Shown in pieces: positions 1 through 50,630 of a stretch of DNA of 64,000 nt. How positions within the stretch are numbered: position 1 is the stretch's first letter; every line of letters begins with the position of its first letter. The DNA lies in the NCBI RefSeq assembly GCF_009914755.1, contig NC_060943.1; one strand, 5' to 3'. The translations under genes were made by a program, and so were the position numbers. Under the pieces are notes generated by a model. That model made no database searches and was not told the origin of the DNA. It worked only from the letters and a program-made list of their open reading frames with translations. The stretch comes from the human T2T-CHM13v2.0 reference genome, Homo sapiens.

Positions 1-751
1 CAGCTCACTGCAACCTCTGCCTCCCGGGTTCAAGCGATTCTCCTGCCTCAGCCTCCCAAGTAGCTCGGATTACAGGCAAGTGCCACCACACCCAGTTAAT
101 TTTGTATTTTTTAGTAGAGATGGGATTTCTCCATGTTGGTCAGGCTGGTCTTGAACTCTTGACCTCAGGTGATCTGCCCACCTTGGCCTCCCAAAGTGCT
201 GGGATTACAGGTGTGAGCCACCGTGCCCAGTCGAGATTTTAATTTTTATAATGGGTATAGGATGAGGCCTGGGTGTCTCATTCTGTGTTTTAAATGTTCC
301 TGGGAAATTCTAATGTGCAGTCAAGTTTGAGAACCACTGGGTTGGAACACATAACCTCCTTCCCATCTCAGACCCTGAAACATCCTGAAAACTCCTGTAT
401 CTGGAGTTTTTCCCCCATTTTTGCTTGGCTAACTTTGACTCTTCCCTCAGAAACCAGCTTCAGAATCTTTTCTTTAGCAAAGACTTCCCTGCAAGTTCTT
501 TAACAGCACTTATCTCAGCTGTGACAAAATCATCAATGGTGTAATTGTGTCTTTTTAATGTCTTTTCCCCTATTCTTCATAATCGTCAAAGTAAAGGATA
601 GCTCTTCTCTCAGTCAGAACTATTAATAGATGCTGTAATGGAAATGAAACAAGACTCTCAGACTCTTGTTAAAGTAAGAAGTCTAGCAGAGTCTCAGGCT
701 TTAATTTTTTTTTTCCGATCATAAATGTGGGAGAAAGATCATTTAACCTGC

Positions 752-1730
752 TGCTAAGGTTTGAATATTTGTTCCCTTGAAAACTCATGTTGAACCAGCC
801 TGGGCAACATAGGGAGACCCTGTCTCTACAAATAATTTAAAAATTAGCCAGGTGAGGTGGCACATGCCTGTGATCCCAGCTACTCAGGAGGCTGAAGTGG
901 GAGGATCACCTGAGCCCAGAAAGCTGAGGATGCAGTGAACCGTGATTGCACCACTGCACTCCAGCCTGTGCAACACAGTGAGACCCTGTCTCAAAAAATA
1001 AATAGGTAAATAAGCTGAGTGTGGTGGCTCACACCTGTAATCTCAGCACTTTAGGAAGCCAAGGTGGGCAGATCACATGAGGTCAGGAGTTTGAGACTAG
1101 CTGGCCAACATGATGAAACCCTGTCTCTACTAAAAATACAAAAATTACCCGGGCATGGTGGCACGTGCCTGTAATACCAGCTACTCAGGAGGCTGAGGCA
1201 GGAGAATCACTTGAACCTGGGAGGTGGAGGTTATAATGAGCTGAGATCATGCCACTGCTGTCCAGCCTGGGTGACATAGCAAGACATTGTCTCAAAAAAT
1301 ACATAAATAAATAATAAATAAATAAACTTATGGTGAAACTGAATCCCTAATGTGGCCGTATTGATAGGTCGGGCATTTAAGAGGTGATTGGGTCATGAGG
1401 ACTCTTTTCTCATGAATGAACTAATCCATTCATGGATTAATGGATTAGTGAGTTAATGGATTAATGGGTTACCCTGGGAGTGAGACTGGTGGCTTTATCA
1501 GAAGAGGAAGAGAGACTTAAGTAGCACGCTCAGCTCTTTTGCCCTGTGATGCCCTGTGCCACCTCGGAACCCTCCAGAGAGTCCCCAACAGCAAGAAGGT
1601 CCTCACCAGATGCAGCCCCTCCACCTTGGACTTTCCAACCTCCATTAACTACAGGAAATAAATTCCTTTTCTTTATAAGTTATCTGGCTTCAAGTGTTCT
1701 GTTCTAAGCAACAGAATACAGACTAAGACA
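752..1730 (+). mobile_element. MaLR LTR (MST-type) interrupted by two Alus (about 795-1325)
   Basis: Starts TGCTAAGGTTTGAATATTTG and ends AATAAATTCC...GACTAAGACA, typical MST/THE1 termini. The Alu block is flanked by a degenerate AAACTCATGTTGAA duplication. Confidence 0.8.
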
Positions 1731-2099
1731 CAGACACCAATGCATAGCTTCTGATTTAACAGAATTGTTTTTACAAGCATTTATTCTGCTTGGAAATTCA
1801 GATGTCAATCATAAGATTGTTACCAGGGCAACAAAATATTAAGTAAGACCACCAAATGGCACCAAGGTTTCTCCTTCAAAATAATGATTGCAATACTGGC
1901 AATAATTTCTAATGTCTTTGGACTCCTACAAGATTATTTTGTGCAAATTACACTTCAAAGCACAGATTTATGGAACCACAGAATGGAACACTGGCTGCTG
2001 TAATAAATATCCATAGATCTCCATACTACATAAGACTATAAAACACATTTAGAGCCTTTTTAATATTCTCAGTTTATTAACTTATCAATCCACATTCCG

Positions 2100-2130
<31 letters not shown>

Positions 2131-2270
2131 TTACTTTAAGTTCTAGGGTACATGTGCATAATGTACAGGTTTGATACATGTGCCATGTTGGTTTGCTCCA
2201 CCCATCAAGTTATCATTTACATTAGGTATTTCTCCTAATGCTATCCCTCCCCCAGCCCCCCACCCCACTC
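2100..2270 (-). mobile_element. L1PA 3'-end fragment
   Basis: TTTAAGTTCTAGGGTACATGTGCA...TCTCCTAATGCTATCCCTCCCCC is the antisense primate L1 3'UTR end. Confidence 0.85.
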
Positions 2271-2271
2271 T

Positions 2272-2304
<33 letters not shown>

Positions 2305-2568
2305 CAGGGTCTCACTGTGTCACCCAGGTTGGAGTGCAGTGGTGTGATCTCGACTCACTGCAACCTCTGCCTCTCGGGTTCAAGTGATTCTCTTGCCCCA
2401 GCCCTCCCAAGTACAAGGAATTACAGGGTTGTGCCACCACGCCGGGCTAATTTTTGTACTTTTAGTAGAGACAGTGTTTTGCCATGTTGGCCAGGGCTGG
2501 TCTCGAACTTCTGGGCCCAAGTGATCCGCCTGCCTCGACCTCCCAAAGTTCTGGGATTACAGGTGTGA

Positions 2569-2975
<407 letters not shown>

Positions 2976-3546
2976 TGATCCGCCCACCTCAGCCTTCCAA
3001 AGTGCTGGGACTACAGGCGTGTGCCACTACACCCGGCTACTTTTGTGTGTGTGTGTGTGTGTGTTTAGTAGAGACGGAGTTTCACCATGTTAGCCAAGAT
3101 GGTCTCGATCTCCGGACCTTGTGATCCACCCGCCTCAGCCTCCCAAAGTGCTGGGATTACAGGTGTAAGCCACTGTGCCCGGCCAATTATAAATATTTTT
3201 TAAGGCTAAACTCTGGAATTTTGCTAGTTAGCCTTAAAAGCACAAAGCAGGCCTATAAAGTTCAATTTTACTGGTAGAAAGCAAGAAATGGATGAATAGG
3301 ATGTTCGCTGACAACCATGCAATTGAAACCTCCTTTGCAAAAATTACGAGAGTGAGCAAACGATGGCAGTGAAGGAGATCGGATCTGGCCAGCCCCTACC
3401 TTGCCTTTGGCCCTCAAACTGCTTGTAGTTATTCCTGGGTTTAGGCTAATCTGACTTGTCTCTTTGGGAGACATTTATTTTATTTTCTTTTATATTTCCT
3501 TGAGACGGAGTCTCGCTCTGTAGCCCGGGCTGGAGTGCAGTGGTGA

Positions 3547-4023
<477 letters not shown>

Positions 4024-4468
4024 TAACAAAAGACACCCTTCTCACCAAGGGTTTTTGGAAATTCCAGAGTGATGGGGTGAGAAGGGTGTCTTTGGAACCA
4101 AAGCTGAAGACCAAGTACATATTTCTTACTATATCACGGTATCACGGGAGGTAAAAAGGAGGTGGCCTTGAAGCAGCTCCTCCCCAGCCCCCAATCCTCT
4201 TGTGTGCCCGGAGGATCAGAAGAGGTCCCGCCGAGACTCAGCTTAGCTGTGGTTCAAGCCTCTGATTGCGTGGATAAGTACCAGGTTTCCAGAGTGCCAG
4301 GGCGGGGCTGCCCCTTGCGGTGGCATTAACTTTCCATGGCTATTTAAAATCAGCAGAGGACACACGATCTTCAGATGGGTCCTGTTTTACTTCCATATTT
4401 TCTCCTAGAGAGAAGAAAAATCATTAAACTTTTTTTTGTTTGTTTTTTGTTTTTTTGTTTTATTCGTT

Positions 4469-4521
<53 letters not shown>

Positions 4522-5061
4522 AGACGGAGTCTCGCTCTGTGGCCCAGGCTGGAGTGCAATGGCGTGTATCAGCTCACTGCAACCTCTGCCTCCAGGGTTC
4601 AAGTGATTCTCCTGCCTCAGCCTCCCGAGTAGCTGGGATTACAGCTTTGTATTTTTAGTAGAGTCGGGGTTTCACTATATTGGCCAGGGTGGTCTCCAAC
4701 TCCTGACCTCAGGTGATCTGCCTGCCTTGGCCTCCCAAAGTGCTGGGATTACAGGCGTGAACCACCGCACCTGGCCTACTGTATTTTTTTTTTTTTTTGA
4801 ATAGAGAAGGGAGTCTCAAACTCTTGGCCTCAAGCCATCCTCCTGCCTCAGTTTCCCAAAATGCTGGGATTATGAGTGAGCCACTGCACCTATCCCACCC
4901 CCTCCCACCCTCATTTTTAGAAGGGCACAGGCTAGAGACCATATTTCCATCAGTCACTTTTGCGGCTAGACCTGTCCATGAGACTAAGTTCTAGCCAATG
5001 GGATGCGATAGGAAGATACATGCTCAAATTCTAGGTCCTGCTCTTAAAAAATAATTGTGTG

Positions 5062-5422
<361 letters not shown>

Positions 5423-5530
5423 TTAAAGCTACATGTTGATAAAAGCAAAACCATCCCACCTTAACAAGTAAATCGTTGAGATTGCCCAGTGATTTACTGT
5501 TAAGTGAGAGAGAGGTACATTTATATCTAG

Positions 5531-5695
<165 letters not shown>

Positions 5696-6280
5696 TAGCT
5701 GGGATTACAGGCATGCACCACCACACCAGGCTAATTTTTTGTATTTAGTAGAGACAGGGTTTCACCATGTTAATCAGGCTGCTCTCGAACTCCTGACCTC
5801 AGGTGATCCACCTGCCTTGGCCTCCCAAAGTGCTAGGATTACAGGTGTGCGCCACTGCACCTGGCCGGGAGATTCTTTTTTACAACAGCTTAAAGTGCTC
5901 TGTAACCAATACACTATGCAGTGATTTGGTTAATACTTTGTGAGTTCCATGAGTGCAGGGTTTATGTCTGCTATTGCTCCCCACTGGACCGCCGGACTCT
6001 AGCACAATGCCATGCACGGTAGACATTGAATACATGAGTGATACGAGGATGAATGAGACTAGGGGAAATCAGTGGAAGCCCTAGGCCTGGCGCAGTGACT
6101 CACTCCTGGAATCCCAGCACTTTGGGAGGCCAAGGAAGGAGGATGGCTTGAGGCCAGACATTCAAGACCAGCCTGGACAACATGGTGAGATCCCATAGCT
6201 ATAAAAAGTAAACAATTAGCCGGGCGCGGTGGCTCACGCCTGTAATTCCAGCACTTTGGGAGGCCGAGGGGGGTGGATCA

Positions 6281-6466
<186 letters not shown>

Positions 6467-6884
6467 CTACAGCCTGGCAACAGAGCGAGACTCCATCTCA
6501 AAAAAAAAAAAATAATAATAGTAATAATAAATTGGCCAGGCGTGGTGATGGCAGTGTTGTCATTGCTTTAAGAGGCAGGAACAGGGGGAAAAGACCCAGC
6601 AGTCTAACCACACAGACAAGTCCCAAGTTAGGCACTTCTGTGTGTCTTGGGGGCTGTTGATCAGAAATAACCTATGTGGATCACCCAGCAAAATGACCAG
6701 TATGAAAAGATGTTCAGTGGTAGAAAATGAAATAAGCATTGTGACTACAACTCACTCAATAAGCATTCATTGAACACTGGTCACTGGTAAACTGCTATGA
6801 AGAAATCTCAGCTGGGTGCGGTGGCTCACGCTTGTAATCCCAGCACTTTAAAGGGAGACCAAGGTGGGCAGATGGATCACTTTA

Positions 6885-7193
<309 letters not shown>

Positions 7194-7586
7194 TTAATGA
7201 AGAAATGGATGGGTAAATGGATGGAAATATGAATGAATGCATGATGGATAAGGACAAATGAAATAGACAAATGTACAAATGAAAGCAAAGGAAAAAGAGA
7301 TGCTCAATAGAAATGAATAAGGATGAGAATCAATGCTAGACATGAATGAGTGAATGGTGAATGAAGGAGTGATTGAATGGATGAATACATGGAGTTAAGT
7401 TGAAGTACAAACTCGGCCAAGACTTCTTTTTCTCTGCTTTGGGTGGAAATACATTTTTAAAAAAAGAGGGCCGGGCACGGTGGCTCATGCCTGTAATCCC
7501 AGCACTTTGGGAGGCTGAGGCGGGCGGATCACCTGAGTTTGGGAGTTCGAGGCCAGCCTGACCAACACAGAGAAACCCTGTTTCTA

Positions 7587-7852
<266 letters not shown>

Positions 7853-8730
7853 TTAATATCACCTCTCTTTCCACCATTTTCCCATTTATAAAGTGGGAAG
7901 ACTGGATTTGATAACATCACAGCCTCATCCAGGTCTGGTGCCTTCCTTATAACCTGCGTCTCTTCTTTATTCTTTTTTTTTTTTTTTTTTTTTTTTTGAG
8001 ACGGAGTTTTGCTCTGTCACCCAGGCTGGAGTGTGCAGTGATGCAATCTCGGCTCACTACAACCTCCGCCTCCTGGGTTCAAGCAATTCTCCTGCCTCAG
8101 CCTCCCGAGTAGCTGGGATTACAGGCGCCCGCCACCACGCCCGGCTAATTTTTGTATTTTTAGTAGAGACGGGGTTTCACCATGTTGTCCAGGCTGGTCT
8201 CGAACTTCTGACTTCGTGATCCACCTGCCTCGGCCTCCCAAAGTGCTAGGATCACAGGTGTGAGCCAGCACCCCCGGCTTATTCCTTTTTTAAAATTGTT
8301 ATTATTTCCCACAGCCACATATGCCGGGGAGGTTGTCCCACATATGTTCTACCAAGGCCCCTCTGGCACTGAGATCAAACCCCGGAAGACCCGCTCAGTC
8401 TCTCCTCCCGTCTTTTCAACACGTTAGCGCCCCCAGGTGGCTAATTAGACTTCAAAATTCAGTTCTTGAGGCGGGCGGATCACTTGAGGTCAGGAGTTCA
8501 AGACCAGTCTGGTCAACATGGTGAAACCCCGTCTCTACTAAAAATACAAACATTAGCCGGACATGGTGGTACGCACCTGTAATCCCAGCTATTCGGGAGG
8601 CCGAGGCAGGTGGATCACTTGAGGTCAGGAGTTCGAGACCACCCTGGCCAATTTGGCAAAACTCCATCTCTACTAAAAATACAAAAATTAGCTGGGCGTG
8701 ATGGCGCACACCTGTAATCCCAGCTACTCA

Positions 8731-8874
<144 letters not shown>

Positions 8875-9114
8875 TTATGCTTGATGGCAAAAAGGTGAGA
8901 CCTTCCTTTCGGCACTGAGTCTGGTAGAAATCGGTGTTACAGGGTAGCTAACATTTATTGAACACTTACTACGGGCCAGTTACTGCTTTAAATGTTTTAT
9001 GTGTATTACCCACTGAATCCTACAACAATCCTATGAAGTGGGTTTTATCAGTGCATCCATTTTACCGTCAAGGCAAGAGAGAGTTGGGGAAGGGCGCTTT
9101 CTGAATGCTGCTAC

Positions 9115-9491
9115 CGTGTCCAGAGTTGGTTCCTTCCTGTGGGTTTGTGGTCTCGCTGACTTTAAGAATGGAGCCAGGGACCTTCGTGGTGAGTGTTACA
9201 GCGCTTAAAGATGGCACGGACCTAAAGAGTTAGCAGCAGCAAGATTTATTGTGTAGAGCAAGAGAACAAAGCTCCCACAGCGTGGAAGCAGACTCTGGTG
9301 GGGTGCCGCGCTCGCCAGCTTTTATTCCCTTATTGTCCCCGCCCATGTCCTGCTGATTGGTCCATTTTACAGAGCGCTGATTGGTCCATCTTACAGAGTG
9401 CTGATTGGTCCATTTTACAATCCTCTTGTAAGACAGAAAAGTTCTCCAGGTCCCCATTCAACCCAGGAAGTCCAGCTGGCTTCACGTCTCA
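9115..9491 (-). mobile_element. Solo ERV9/LTR12-family LTR (LTR12F-like)
   Basis: Minus strand starts TGAGACGTGAAGCCAGCTGGACTTCCTGGG, carries three GGACCAATCAGC repeats and ends AACTCTGGACAC. 4-bp TSD CTAC at 9111-9114 and 9492-9495. Confidence 0.85.
9245..9250 (-). terminator. Probable OSCAR polyA signal AATAAA, inside a solo LTR
   Basis: TTTATT on the + strand about 530 nt downstream of the OSCAR stop, at the LTR's R-region signal position. Confidence 0.65.
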
Positions 9492-9782
9492 CTACTACCT
9501 TTCTGTAGCTGCTACTACTACAGTGAGTAGACGGCAGTGCTGGGATTCGAACCCTCTGTCTTCTGGCTTGGAAGTCTTAACCACTAATCGCGTCTTCCTT
9601 TCAGCTACTCCTTGGGAAAGGCCTGGAAAGAAGCTACAGCACAGGGCACAGCGGGGTCTAAGGACCGTTCCGCGGAGCTCAGCCAGCAGGACTGTGGGGC
9701 TGCAGGAAAGGACAGTCCAGCCCAGGGTCCCAGCTTCTCCGCCACTCAGGTTGGAAGTCTCGGGCTGCAGTGCTCCTGGGGC

Positions 9783-15481
<5,699 letters not shown>

Positions 15482-15700
15482 GGTGGGCAGATACCCGCTA
15501 GAGCTGGAGCCAGGGCTTGGTCGCACCCTCTCCCCTCCCAGGAAATGAGGCAACATCAGAAAACCAGACCCAGATCCTCATTTACGGAAGAGAGTATCGA
15601 GGTGGGGGCCTGTGGGTGACTGTGTCATAGCCCTATGGCACTGTGGAAAAATTAGCAGGGGGTTCAGTCATAACCTGTGGTGTTCATTTATTTAACTCTA
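15482..15700 (-). promoter_or_regulatory. OSCAR proximal promoter / 5'UTR (non-CpG); NFAT-, ETS- and RUNX-like motifs
   Basis: Immediately upstream of the OSCAR ATG. TGGAAAA at 15644-15650, AGGAAAT near 15540, TGTGGT near 15676. Motif function is inferred only. Confidence 0.45.
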
Positions 15701-15889
15701 GAAACAAATACTAGTCAGGAGGTGGAGGCAGGAGGATCGCTTGAGCCCAAGAGTTCAAGAGCAGCCTGGGCAACAGAGCGAGACCCTGTCTAAAAAATAA
15801 ATAAATAAATTGTGCCACTGCACTCCAGCCTGGGTGATAGAGTGAGACCATGTCTTTAAATATAGATAGACAGATAGAAAGATATCTGT

Positions 15890-16990
<1,101 letters not shown>

Positions 16991-17299
16991 CAGACCAGGT
17001 CAGTTTCTTAAGTGATCTGAGCTATAATGGCGGTAACAGAGCACTGTGAGAGCCCGCAGAAAGCTCCTAACCCATCTGGGATGAGACCTAGCGCTTCCAG
17101 GACGAGCCGATGTTGAGCTGAGACCTCGAAGGACAGGTTAGTCATTCACCTTCTCCCGGGCTCAGTTTCTTCGTCTGTAAAATGGGCTTTCATACATAAA
17201 CTATAAAATGGGGACTATTTTGTTCCGCCTTAGGTGGGTCGCAGCAGGAGGACTAGTCACTCCGGAGCGACTTCTAGGCTGAGACTAAGGAGATTCCAC

Positions 17300-21599
<4,300 letters not shown>

Positions 21600-21638
21600 G
21601 CACCTCCACTGACAGAGGCGGCCCCTCCCACGGCTCCC

Positions 21639-21644
21639 AATAAA
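21639..21644 (+). terminator. NDUFA3 polyA signal AATAAA
   Basis: About 40 nt after the stop, followed by GT-rich sequence. Confidence 0.9.
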
Positions 21645-21731
21645 AATGTGAAAACCAACCCCCGAACGTGAGCATGTGTGTGATCAGAGGTGGGAACAAG
21701 TAGACGGTGGCCGGGGTGAGTGTGGGGTCAG

Positions 21732-21737
21732 TTTATT
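21732..21737 (-). terminator. TFPT polyA signal AATAAA
   Basis: TTTATT on the + strand, about 10 nt after the TFPT stop. Confidence 0.9.
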
Positions 21738-21746
21738 GGGCATGCG

Positions 21747-31335
<9,589 letters not shown>

Positions 31336-31890
31336 TAATTACTTCATTAATCACAAATGTGTGAAGTGCCTTACTGTAGACACGCAGAGCGTGCGGGACA
31401 CGTTATCACAAAGCAACCTCCTGTAGTCTAGAGTGGGGCGTGTGGGTCAGGGAGGTGGAACGTGAGAGCTGAAGGCTGAGGAGATGCTGGGCTACTAAGA
31501 AGTGAGGAGAGCCAGACGCCATGGCTCACTCCTGTAATCCCAGCACTTTGGGTGGCCCAGGCGAAAGGATCGCTTGAGCCCAGGAGTTTGAGACCAGCCT
31601 GAGCAACACAGTGAGACCCTGTCTCTACAGAAAAATTTAAAAATTAGCCGGGCGTGCTGGTGCGTGCCTGTCATCTCAGCTATCGGGAGGCTGAGGCGGG
31701 AGAATCGCTTGAGCCCAGGTGATCGAGGCTGCCGTGAGCTATGATGGCGCCACTGCACTGCAGCCTAGGTGACAGAGCAAGACATGGTCTCAAAAAAAAG
31801 AAAAGAAAAGAAAAAACAAAGTGAAGGAAAGGGCCACTTTAGTTACAAGGGACTCCTGTACAAAGACCTGGAGGCGGGAAGAGACCGATA

Positions 31891-32725
<835 letters not shown>

Positions 32726-32975
32726 CCACTTGGTTCCAGTAAGTCTTAGCAAGGTGGCGGTCATAGGGGTGTGCTGCGTCTTGCACAGGTCGGAGCTGGA
32801 GACTCGCCAGTGAACAAAACAAACTAAAGCACCTGTTGTCGTGGAGCCTGCATGCTAGTGGGGTTGATAAAGAAGGACCAGGGTCTTCTGGGGGAGAATC
32901 ATCGCTCAGTAATAAGGAGGGACTTTGTCGGGGCAAGTTTTTAGGGAACGCTGCTGTCCCTCCCCAGGCCTCGGG

Positions 32976-46129
<13,154 letters not shown>

Positions 46130-46389
46130 ATGACTGCGTGTGTCCAAGGTGGCTTCCCACTGAAGGGACACAGAGGTCCAGTCCTTCTGAAGGGCTAGGA
46201 TCGGGTTCTGGCAGGGAGAACCTGCCCTGCCACTGGCCCCATTGCTGGGACTGCCCAGGGAGGAGGCCTTGGAAGAGTCCGGCCTGGCCTCCCCCAGGAC
46301 CGAGATCACCGCCCAGTATGGGCTAGAGCAGGTCTTCATCATGCCTTGTCTTTTTTAACTGAGAAAGGAGATTTTTTGAAAAGAGTACA

Positions 46390-46395
46390 ATTAAA
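46390..46395 (+). terminator. PRPF31 polyA signal ATTAAA
   Basis: First polyA hexamer after the stop (about 260 nt downstream), preceded by U-rich elements. Confidence 0.75.
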
Positions 46396-46807
46396 AGGAC
46401 ATTGTCAAGATCTGTCCTTGGGGAGTGATCATTTTTCAAACAGCCGGGGCAACTAGAAGAATCAGAGCTGTGGAGCTTTGAGAAAAGAGCTTGGCCCTCG
46501 GGTCCAAGCGGTGTCTAGGCCCACTCCCTTCCCCGTTACTTTCTCGTCATGGGATCCCAGAAGGAAAAAGCCCTCTCCAACCCCCTGGAGAGCCGCAGTC
46601 ACTTTGATAGCAAATGATGTGGCTGCCAACAGCCGCAGATCTCAGCGCAGGCCGACCGGGATTGCTGTCCACCTCAGGCCAGCCTCCTCACCTTTCCAAG
46701 CCTCCACACCTACGCCCAGGTGCCCAGGACTGGAAAGAATGCACAGAAAGCACTTAGCATGGGACTTGCCATCAGCGCCCTATAACCAGGTCCTGTTATG
46801 ATTGGGT

Positions 46808-47945
<1,138 letters not shown>

Positions 47946-48413
47946 CCAGCCTCTTATTTATAACCAGTGTTGAGGGACTGTGTGGAGCCGGGCACAGGCG
48001 AAGCAGGCAGGCTTCCTGCCCTGGTAGGACCTGGTTGCTATAAAAGTCCTGCCAGGTGAGCAGAAGGAGCACACTTCCCCTCCCCTGACCTCCAGTCACT
48101 GAGTCTCGGGAACCGGGGCTCGGCCAGGAGCGCCTTTACTTGGACTGAGGGGAATGTGGCCTGCAGACAGTCAGGAGAGTTTCCAGGGGACAGCAGGGGC
48201 TGTCCTAGCGGGTGGCATGAAACCGTCTCCCTGGAGAGGTTAAGGAAGAGCAACTCCAGGGGTTCCATTTACTATGTGCTCCGGAGCTGGGCTACACGGT
48301 GGTACTAAGGAGGCAGCGCTAGTCACCTGACCTACAAGGTCGGGCTTCTGTTAGTTACCTAAGAGATGTTACCAGGACAAGCAGCAGCCTGGTGGGAAGA
48401 TGATGCCTCCAGG

Positions 48414-50630
48414 TCTCTACCTCCTCTCTCTCTCCCTCCCTCTCTCCACCTCCCCTCTCTCCCTCCCTCTCCACCTCCCCTCTCTCCCTCCCTCTCCACC
48501 TCCCCTCTCTCCCTCCCTCTCTCCACCTCCCCTCTCTCTCTTCCTCCCTCTCCACCTCCCCTCTCTCTCTCCCTCCCTCTCTCCACCTCCCCTCTCTCTC
48601 TCCCTCCCTCTCTCCACCTCCCCTCTCTCTCTCCCTCCCTCTCTCCACCTCCCCTCTCTCTCTCCCTCCCTCTCTCCACCTCCCCTCTCTCTCTTCCTCC
48701 CTCTCTCCACCTCCCCTCTCTCTCTCCCTCCCTCTCCACCTCCCCTCTCTCTCTTCCTCCCTCTCCACCTCCCCTCTCTCTCTCCCTCTCCACCTCCCCT
48801 CTCTCTCTCCCTCCCTCTCTCCACCTCCCCTCTCTCTCTCCCTCCCTCTCTCCACCTCCCCTCTCTCTCTCCCTCCCTCTCTCCACCTCCCCTCTCTCTC
48901 TCCCTCCCTCTCTCCACCTCCCCTCTCTCTCTTCCTCCCTCTCTCCACCTCCCCTCTCTCTCTTCCTCCCTCTCTCCACCTCCCCTCTCTCTCTCCCTCC
49001 CTCTCTCCACCTCCCCTCTCTCTCTCCCTCCCTCTCTCCACCTCCCCTCTCTCTCTTCCTCCCTCTCTCCACCTCCCCTCTCTCTCTCCCTCCCTCTCTC
49101 CACCTCCCCTCTCTCTCTCCCTCCCTCTCTCCACCTCCCCTCTCTCTCTCCCTCCCTCTCTCCACCTCCCCTCTCTCTCTTCCTCCCTCTCTCCACCTCC
49201 CCTCTCTCTCTCCCTCCCTCTCTCCACCTCCCCTCTCTCTCTTCCTCCCTCTCTCCACCTCCCCTCTCTCTCTTCCTCCCTCTCCACCTCCCCTCTCTCT
49301 CTCCCTCCCTCTCTCCACCTCCCCTCTCTCTCTCCCTCCCTCTCTCCACCTCCCCTCTCTCTCTCCCTCCCTCTCTCCACCTCCCCTCTCTCTCTTCCTC
49401 CCTCTCCACCTCCCCTCTCTCTCTTCCTCCCTCTCCACCTCCCCTCTCTCTCTCCCTCCCTCTCTCCACCTCCCCTCTCTCTCTTCCTCCCTCTCTCCAC
49501 CTCCCCTCTCTCTCTTCCTCCCTCTCCACCTCCCCTCTCTCTCTCCCTCCCTCTCTCCACCTCCCCTCTCTCTCTCCCTCCCTCTCTCCACCTCCCCTCT
49601 CTCTCTTCCTCCCTCTCTCCACCTCCCCTCTCTCTCTTCCTCCCTCTCTCCACCTCCCCTCTCTCTCTTCCTCCCTCTCTCCACCTCCCCTCTCTCTCTT
49701 CCTCCCTCTCCACCTCCCCTCTCTCTCCCTCCCTCTCTCCACCTCCCCTCCCTCTGTCCCTCCCTCTCTCCACCTCCCCTCTCTCTGTCCCTCCCTCTCT
49801 CCACCTCCCCTCTCTCTCTCCCTCCCTCTCCACCTCCCCTCTCTCTCTTCCTCCCTCTCCACCTCCCCTCTCTCCCTCCCTCCCTCTCTCCACCTCCCCT
49901 CTCTCTCTTCCTCCCTCTCCACCTCCCCTCTCTCTCTCCCTCCCTCTCTCCACCTCCCCTCTCTCTCTCCCTCCCTCTCTCCACCTCCCCTCTCTCTCTT
50001 CCTCCCTCTCCACCTCCCCTCTCTCTCTCCCTCCCTCTCTCCACCTTCCCTGTCTCCACCTCCCCTCCCTCTGTCCCTCCCTCTCTCCACCTCCCCTCTC
50101 TCTCTCCCTCCCTCTCCACCTCCCCTCTCTCCACCTCCCCTCACTCCACCTTCCCTCTCTCCACCTCCCCTCCCTCTCTCCACCTTCCCCTCTCTCCCTC
50201 CCTCCCTCTCTCCACCTTCCCCTCTCTCCCTCCCTCCCTCTCTCCACCTTCCCTCTCTCCACCTCCCCTCTCTCCCTCCCTCTCTCCACCTTCCCTCTCT
50301 CCTCCCCTCTCCCCCTCCCTCCCTCTCTCCACCTCCCCTCTCCCTCCCTCTCTCTCCTCCCCTCTCCCTCCCTCCACCTCCCCTCCCTCTCTCCACCTCC
50401 CCTCCCTCTCTCCCTCCCTCCCTCCCTCTCTCCACCTTCCCTCTCCCTCCCTCCACCTTCCCTCTCCCTCCCTCCACCTTCCCTCTCCCTCCCTCTCCAC
50501 CTTCCCTCTCTCCTCCCCTCTCCCTCCCTCTCTCCACCTCCCCTCTCTCCCTCCCTCCCTCCCTCTCTCCACCTTCCCTCTCTCCCTCCCTCTCTCCACC
50601 TTCCCTCTCTCTCTCTCCCTCCCTCTCTCC
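48414..50630. repeat. 2.2-kb polypyrimidine/polypurine VNTR (27-31-bp unit CCACCTCCCCTCTCTCTCTCCCTCCCTCTCT)
   Basis: Almost pure C/T on the + strand; regular to about 50040, then degenerate. Confidence 0.97.

Noticed and set aside
4140-4400. Unique GC-richer patch with RUNX/GATA/GC-box/TATA-like motifs, possibly an exon or promoter of a neighbouring LRC gene
   Set aside because: No recognisable coding exon, and short motifs alone do not support a call.
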